Made by a program: the position numbers and the translations under genes
Source of the DNA: Tubiluchus corallicola
Taxonomy: Eukaryota; Animalia; Priapulida
Length of the DNA stretch: 64,000 nucleotides
Reading direction: 5' to 3'
Assembly (NCBI GenBank): GCA_030141605.1
Contig: JAQGDQ010000240.1
Span: forward strand, 62,001 to 126,000
The notes under the pieces: model-generated
The model's database searches: none
What the model saw: the letters and a program-made list of their open reading frames with translations, nothing else
What the model was told of the DNA's origin: nothing
Shown: one piece after another, positions 57,100-64,000 of the stretch
Numbering within the stretch: position 1 is the stretch's first letter
Layout: the number at the start of each line of letters is the position of its first letter

Positions 57100-57450
57100 T
57101 TCATTTCTTTCTGCCATATTGTGCTCTACTCTGCTCTTCTCCCCTCTCCTCTCCTCGCCTCTGCTCTGCTGAGCTATGTGCTGTTTCGTCCTATTCTGTT
57201 TTGTCTATTCTATTCAATCTATAATGTTCTGTCTTATTAATTTAATGTATCCTACTCCACTCCACGCTGCTGTCTTCTACTGTACTACTATGCGTAGCTA
57301 AGAGTTCCCCTACTCTGTCCTGCTCTGCAGCGTCCTACCCCACCAGCCCTACCTTGCTCTGTTCAACCCTGTTTTGCTCAATTCTATTTCACATCATTAC
57401 ATTCGATTCTGCTTTGTTCGATTTTAACTTTATTCTGTCCCATTTCATTT
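57100..57450. repeat. Degenerate pentanucleotide tract (CTCTG/CTATT/CTACT)
   Basis: 5-bp periodicity visible; explains ORF 57034..57240. Confidence 0.8.
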
Positions 57451-58915
57451 CTGCATGTTATCCCAAGCCGTTCAATATTATTAATTCACAAAATGACTAA
57501 AGTAATGGCTAGTCAAGCAATTATTATTATAAATGCAAACTGATTTTCTTTTAAATGTCAGCTGTGACTGGCAGGTGGAACAAATGTTTTGGCGCTTAAA
57601 TCCATAAGAAAAGTTACTGAATCGCGACAAAAGCCGAGTGATTGTTATTTAAACAACTGTCAGTTTTACAGTAAGCGCAACAACGATAAACTTTGAGAAC
57701 AGCTTGCAAACTCTTTTTTGACAAAACGTAACAGTAGCAGCTGATATTGGCATTATTATTCAAGAGGTCTGCATTTCTTTGAACCACCTTATTGACTTTG
57801 ACGAAATAAATGTTGCGAGTGCTTTAAAACAGTATACACGTTTATACGGATTTCTAAACAACCTAGCCTTCTGTAAAGAAACAGCATCTGGTAGTTGATT
57901 AATATAGGACAGCTTCCCGTCAGCTCCGTTTAGACAGTGTCCACAAAGATAGTTTTTATGCACGTGGCAAAAGAACTGCCAAATCCAAAGTTTATCATTC
58001 AATGATGTGCGATATGTGGCATGTTGCCCATAAGATAGATGGATGGTCATGGCTGGATAGAAACCTAGGTTGCTTAAACTGTATTATAGATTTCTTTACG
58101 CCTATGTATGCATACTATAAAGAAGCCCTGCGTCATTCTTTCCAACCGAGATAAGTTCTATTTTCAGTTTTGTTTTCGTTTGTACGTTTTTATTAAATAA
58201 CGCATTAGACTTAACAATTCCGCTTTTGTATGACTTCATCGTTTTAGTTTGTTTAGAAAAATATCAAATATAAGATTTGATATCATACACCAACTTTTAG
58301 AATTGGTACCAAACAATTTATAAAACGTGTTTATTGTTGAAATATAAGTTCAACCACTGCTTGACGCTTTGTAAACGCTAAAGTGTGTATGACACCGCTT
58401 GATACTTTAATAGAAGTATATATAAAGGTACATAGTTTTCTGTTTTATAGGACAAGTTATCTAGTAATTCTCTATATATTGGAGACCAATGATTTAACGA
58501 AAAGTAAATTAAGAATAAGTTTAAAAGTTTATGTTACTAGAACGCATTAATTGAATGACTTTATTAATTTTTCAATTTATAAACAGCTTTAATTTGTCTT
58601 AGTTAACTTATCAGCTTTGATCTTAAATATAAATTTTAAATGGCGGTAAATCAGAGGGAGCTCTTTGAACAACGAATTTTTATACCATGGCAGAAATGAC
58701 ACCACTACAAAATCTTTGAATTTTTCTGTTCAGTGAGTAAAATACTCTGAGTAAATGAGTAATGAGTTCAATGAGTAAAATAGACACCTGAAGTACGAAA
58801 CTACATCTGGCAGATTCTCACCACAAAAGAAGAATTTCTTTAATAATGGGCTAGCATCCATTCTCCCAACAATCATTTACATTGGGCTCTGGCTTTAAAT
58901 GCTGCATCGCGGCAT

Positions 58916-59376
58916 CAGAGGGTGAAAAAGTCCACAGAAATCCGGTTCAAGTCCAAGTCCACTCAAAAGTCCAAGTCCAAGTTCAAGTCAAGGTCTGTTC
59001 AGCTGATGCCGGAAAATGTAGATAGTAAAATAGCATCATTATACAGTGTAGGTTGGTAGGCAATAGGTAGATAATTATCATCTCAAATAAAGATATTATT
59101 TCAAAAAATTTTCATTCCATGAAAATTTTTATATTAAAGTCTGCACTATAAACAAGTGTCCAATTTTACCCAAGAAACAGCTTGGGCAGCTTCTGATAAA
59201 AGCGTTGTTTTATGACTTGAATTGGCTTCTTAGTAAGAGAGTGGACTGCGAAAATAATCACTCTGCAGAAACAAGTTTCGCAACAACCACAAATTTCTTG
59301 AGTTAAAGTCCGAGTCCAAGTCCTAAGAAAAACCTGCTCGAGGAATTGAATTAATGACTCGGGTCTTTACCCTCTG
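58916..59376. mobile_element. hAT-type MITE (~461 bp) with AAGTCC subterminal repeats
   Basis: TIRs CAGAGGGT / ACCCTCTG, (AAGTCC)n near both ends, 8-bp flanks CGCGGCAT / TAAGGCAT (5/8). Confidence 0.75.
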
Positions 59377-59856
59377 TAAGGCATATGATATTAAAATCAT
59401 ATAAAGTGGCATTAAAGATAATCTACAAATCAGTAAAAAAGTTTGTCGATTTCTACCCAGACCCTAGCTGACGTTACTAGCTGCAATCATATTAAACGCA
59501 TTCATGCACTGGTCAGTTTATAAAGGTCGTATACCCACTAGCGACATGTAATTCCCACAAAGCGCCCACGTAGCATTTTGTCTGCAAGTATTTTTTCCAA
59601 AGCGGACCAGATAAAAACTAAAATTAAAGAGGTAACTAGCCTACGAGGTCCAAAAACATTCCTAACAGCCTGTGCTTGTCCATCCCCATTCTCCACATTT
59701 CCTCCCTTAAAAAGCATGCTACTGTATTGAGCTTATAATATTTCAATAGATGGCGGCACATACTACGAGTAATTCTAGGTGTACTGTATATTGTGCAATG
59801 CAAGACCCTCTGCTGACAAAAAGGTAGTATTATAGGTTCACGCCTTTTTCACTTAC

Positions 59857-59954
59857 CTGTTTTGAATCGTATTCCATAATTTCGCTCTCTGTCAAATTTT
59901 GGCATCTCTCTTGGACTTTATTTCGACTTTTGGCCACAATAATAAATATGTTGA
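59857..59954 (-). CDS. Candidate exon (NIFIIVAKSRNKVQERCQNLTESEIMEYDSKQ)
   Basis: Consensus donor CAG|gtaagt, acceptor aactttgtag, 98 nt, only phase 1->0 fully open. Confidence 0.4.
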
Positions 59955-60699
59955 CTACAAAGTTAATTTTAAAGTAAATTTACTATTCGCATAACATCGA
60001 CACCAAGAAGTAATGCCACAGCATAATTAAACTTCATGAAACCCAATTAGTTGCACACAATTAATAAACCATTACAAATAATTACAAGAGAATTGACATT
60101 TGTATGAAAATGATTAGTGTGTGCCATTAGTTGCGTTAAATCAAGAAACTTGGCATCATCCTACGTGAGCACTATCCATCTGATCCCGAGAAGAGCACGT
60201 ATACGTGCTGCGTCAATGCTCAAGCTGGCTTCTTCACACTGAAAATCATGGCACATTGATACATGGTCTGTTTATTTGCGATTAAACACAGACATCAAGC
60301 AATCAAGCAGCATCAACCTGTATATGTTCCTTAGCTAAACAGCGTGGCATGTCGAGATGGAACAGGTTTTTCTTGAAAAAACGTGGCGTGCTTCGAAGCA
60401 ATAACGCAACGGTAGAAGCCGTGTAAAGTGACACTTTATTGCGCTTGACAAGCGCATGCAGCGGTCGGCTATTATGCTCTAACTACGCTTGCCTATTCTT
60501 TGTCATAAAGTCAAAATTTACTTGAAAATTTATTTATAATAAACGGCACTAAAACCTGATAGAGTTATCCTTCTAAATAACCGAATTGGAGGCGCTTAGA
60601 CAAATATGGAAGTATCTCAGTATATAAGCTGGAAGTGAAGATATAAAATACGTCGACAGGAGATGTCCCACAGGGGCATCCTCAAAATATCGAAACATC

Positions 60700-61360
60700 T
60701 TTTAATGAAAACTTTAAGACATTGAAAAACCCTCCTTCTCTCTAAAAAAGACATATAACAGTGCAGAAACTTCCACTTAAAAAACATTAAAAGAAGCGTG
60801 TTTCTGTGAAGACGTGCAGGGCAGGCAGAACTTTCCTCCTATAAATACATTAAAACATTGCAGAAAAGTTAGAAACGACTCTCTTATAAAGACGCAGAAA
60901 CTGCGAAAACCTCTTCTTCTTGCCGTTACATCGCCAAAAAACATTAAAGCACAATAGAAGTCTCTTTTTACTACAGCATTAGGGAAACCTTTTCTATTAC
61001 AATCATTATACGTTGAAAATGTTGCGCAAATTTTTTGTTGTGAATTGCAAAATTGCAATAATAATTGCAAAATTATTCTCCTGCGAGCACCAAGGTATTG
61101 CTGAAGCTTCCTTCTATAAAGACACTGAGATAGTGCAAAGGCTTTCTCCCATAAATGTAAACCATTGGAGAAGCCGAAACATTCGCTTTCAGAAGCACAA
61201 AAATTTTCCAAAATCCTCCGCCTATTGAAGATATTTGAACAATAAAAAAGTCTCCTCCCTGAAGATATCAAAACATTGCCCTTTCCTATGGATGCATTAA
61301 AACACTGTAGAAACCGCAAAGACTGTGTATATACGTGTCTTCCTAAAACATTAAAAGATT
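60700..61360. repeat. Old degenerate minisatellite (~30-35-bp unit, CTATAAAGACATTAAAACATTGCAGAAA-like)
   Basis: Recurrent ctataaagac/acattaaaac/gcagaaa motifs at roughly regular spacing. Confidence 0.6.
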
Positions 61361-62717
61361 GGATACACTACGGTTTTCTCTCATTTCAATAAAAATTTCT
61401 GTTGAGTCAACAGCCTGTCAGCACACTTCAGATTTGTGTCAAGTCATGCTATGTAAAGGTGTAAAAGGAATTTCTATGCAGAGCTCACTGTAATATTTCA
61501 GTCTCAGGAAACCAATATCTTATGCTTCAAACGTGAAGAAAGACATTTTCTCACGCAAGTGCGAAGATAAACACCTGAGATCAGCAAAGCGGAAAGTAAA
61601 AATGACTTCCATAATTCTCTTTTAAGTTAAACTGCCGTCTTTCCCTACATGTCGAAAGAAAATTCGTCACATCGAACTCAAAGAATAGGAGCATTTTATT
61701 CTTTGTACTGCGTGATGAGGAAGAGGAGGAAACCCAGCATTTAAACAATCCAGCTGTTGGTGCTTATTCACTACAGTTAAGTTTATTCGGTTACTCCAAG
61801 TTCAAAACTATTTTAATACATCGCAAATCATGATAGGAAGATGGAAAGTACAAAAACCAGTGGATTCTAATGCCGTTAATGCTGGGAATAATAATCACAC
61901 TATCAAAGAAAAAGCGATTTCTTTGGAATTTATGCCACGACTAAAACCCTAAAAAGTGCTTAGTTTATATAAGAGGAGATTTTAACATTTTAAGAACTTT
62001 TTGGGGTAAAAATTGAAAGTGGGTTGATAAAAAGTGTAACAATTGTCAACACCTTTCACCTTTCTGGAGGAGAGTTTAGCAAAAACACATGATACGACCC
62101 AAGGGAATTTTCTACCTGTATGAATGAAAAAAATTAATGAACTAATTTGATTTCAATTACATTAAGCTTAGTTTGCAAAAAACAAAAAACATAAACCAAC
62201 TCCATGTCTTCGGTGTTAGGTACATCGCAGCACGGATTTCATACCACAACTTCCTGTTTTGATTCTGTTTTGCAGAACAATAGTGCTAGCAGTAAGTACT
62301 CGTCTAGATAACAAACAATAACATCTTATAAATTAAAATCTACTCGAAAGATGGGTATGTACTTTCAGCAATGGCAACTCCAGAACTTAATCCTAATGAT
62401 GATTTTAACGCTGTTCCATTCTCACTGCATAGCAGAATAACATCAAGATACGTTAACACTCCTACTAACAGTGTTTTCATGCGATGGAGCCAAAACGTAA
62501 AAGTATTGCAGAAGTTCAGCTTTTCCTTCTATAAGGCATGCATTCGGAATGTGCGTGTGTGGTCATTTTGAAATTCAAAATGGTGGCTTTGCCATATCAC
62601 TTCACTCCACCAATTATTAAAATCAGCTCACTTTGTGGTTACGTGTCTACCTGTTTACCTGATTATCACAGTCATAACTGTGGTTAGCACCCTATTTTGA
62701 TGAGTAGTTGCATATTT

Positions 62718-62966
<249 letters not shown>

Positions 62967-64000
62967 CATAACATACTTTAATTTATTTGTTAGTTATTCG
63001 TTGTTTGATCTAAAGCCCAGAATACATAAGGTCTTTATTTGTCTTTCTTAGCTCATCTTTTATCTTAAAGCTGCTTTGTAAGCACTTTTCGTCACCCAGT
63101 AAACAGTTTCTTAATGAAATTTTGAAATCGAATGCTTTTATAAACTGCAAAATTACGTCTGGCAGTTCTGCATTGGTGTTCTTGTCACGGGAGAGACAAA
63201 AAACAGGCAGAAAATTCCACACCGTCTCTCTGCTCAGCGAAACGTCTCCGACGACAGATTGTTTGATCAGAAACATTCTCAACTAGGAAACATTCTCAAC
63301 CTTTTCAAACCATTCCTAACAGACATATGTTTAGAACATGACTTCGTAAATGTAGGTAAAAAGATAGCGCGATTATAGTTTTTATTATAGGTCATAAATA
63401 AATCTAAATACCCGACAACTAAATATCATTACATGAAAAAATAACTAGGATAAGATTTGATTAGAATACGACAGGATCTAGTTACAATATTTGATTATTA
63501 TTACTAATTAATACTTAATAAGTAATTAATTAGATATCGTTAAGCATGTATGGCAAATCAATGGCACCAATATTCTAAATTCAATTTAAAATATACGGTT
63601 ATCTATTCCAGCTTACTATATAATTTGTCAATCAATTTCCTTTAGCATGTTTTCAATTCTTTATATTTGTAGCTCATGTGTACAGCTTATACCTCTGGCC
63701 TTGCACCTTTCACTCAAGATAACCGTCTCTGTTTTCTCAAGTCTTCTTTCAAAGCAATGATTGACTTTTGCATTTCTTTCCGTTTGCCATAAATTTTAAG
63801 AAGATTATTTTTCAAGATTGGATTGGATTATAATTTCAAGATGGTCAAGCATTTAAATGCATCCTTTCATAGTTATCAAAGTAAACTACAGACCTGAATT
63901 ATTGTCCTTACCCTAACAATTATATTTACACTTTTCTACTTTATTCAACTAGCCTAGTGCTGACATCTAGAAATGAAAACATAAAACCAGAATGCAACAA

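Noticed and set aside
60777-61319. 180-aa ORF as a real gene
   Set aside because: Non-ATG start, lies within a degenerate minisatellite, no recognisable domain.
63010-63282. 90-aa minus-strand ORF as upstream exon of the candidate gene
   Set aside because: Splice sites are weak and the end phase does not fit the 59954 exon.

Overview
AT-rich eukaryotic (animal, probably invertebrate) genomic DNA. It is mostly intronic or intergenic, with no long intact ORF and no gene I can name. Nearly all listed ORFs come from microsatellites, chance, or decayed transposons. Well supported: large compound microsatellites, decayed CR1/L2-type LINE fragments, a tRNA-derived SINE with a perfect 10-bp TSD, two hAT-type MITEs, and three unrelated fold-back elements whose inverted arms are built from ~15-bp tandem units. 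Less certain: Penelope RT/GIY-YIG remnants, a Gypsy gag remnant with a tRNA-iMet PBS, a Helitron-like 3' end and a piggyBac cysteine-rich remnant. A set of short minus-strand segments with canonical GT-AG sites can be joined in phase into an unrecognised protein spread over ~46 kb; this is a hypothesis and alternative chains exist. Also notable is a 3.5-kb unit bounded by (CAGT)/(CAAT) arrays and flanked by a 10-bp direct repeat. I found no evidence of a prokaryotic-type system such as CRISPR or an operon. All family assignments rest on motifs read by eye, not on database searches.
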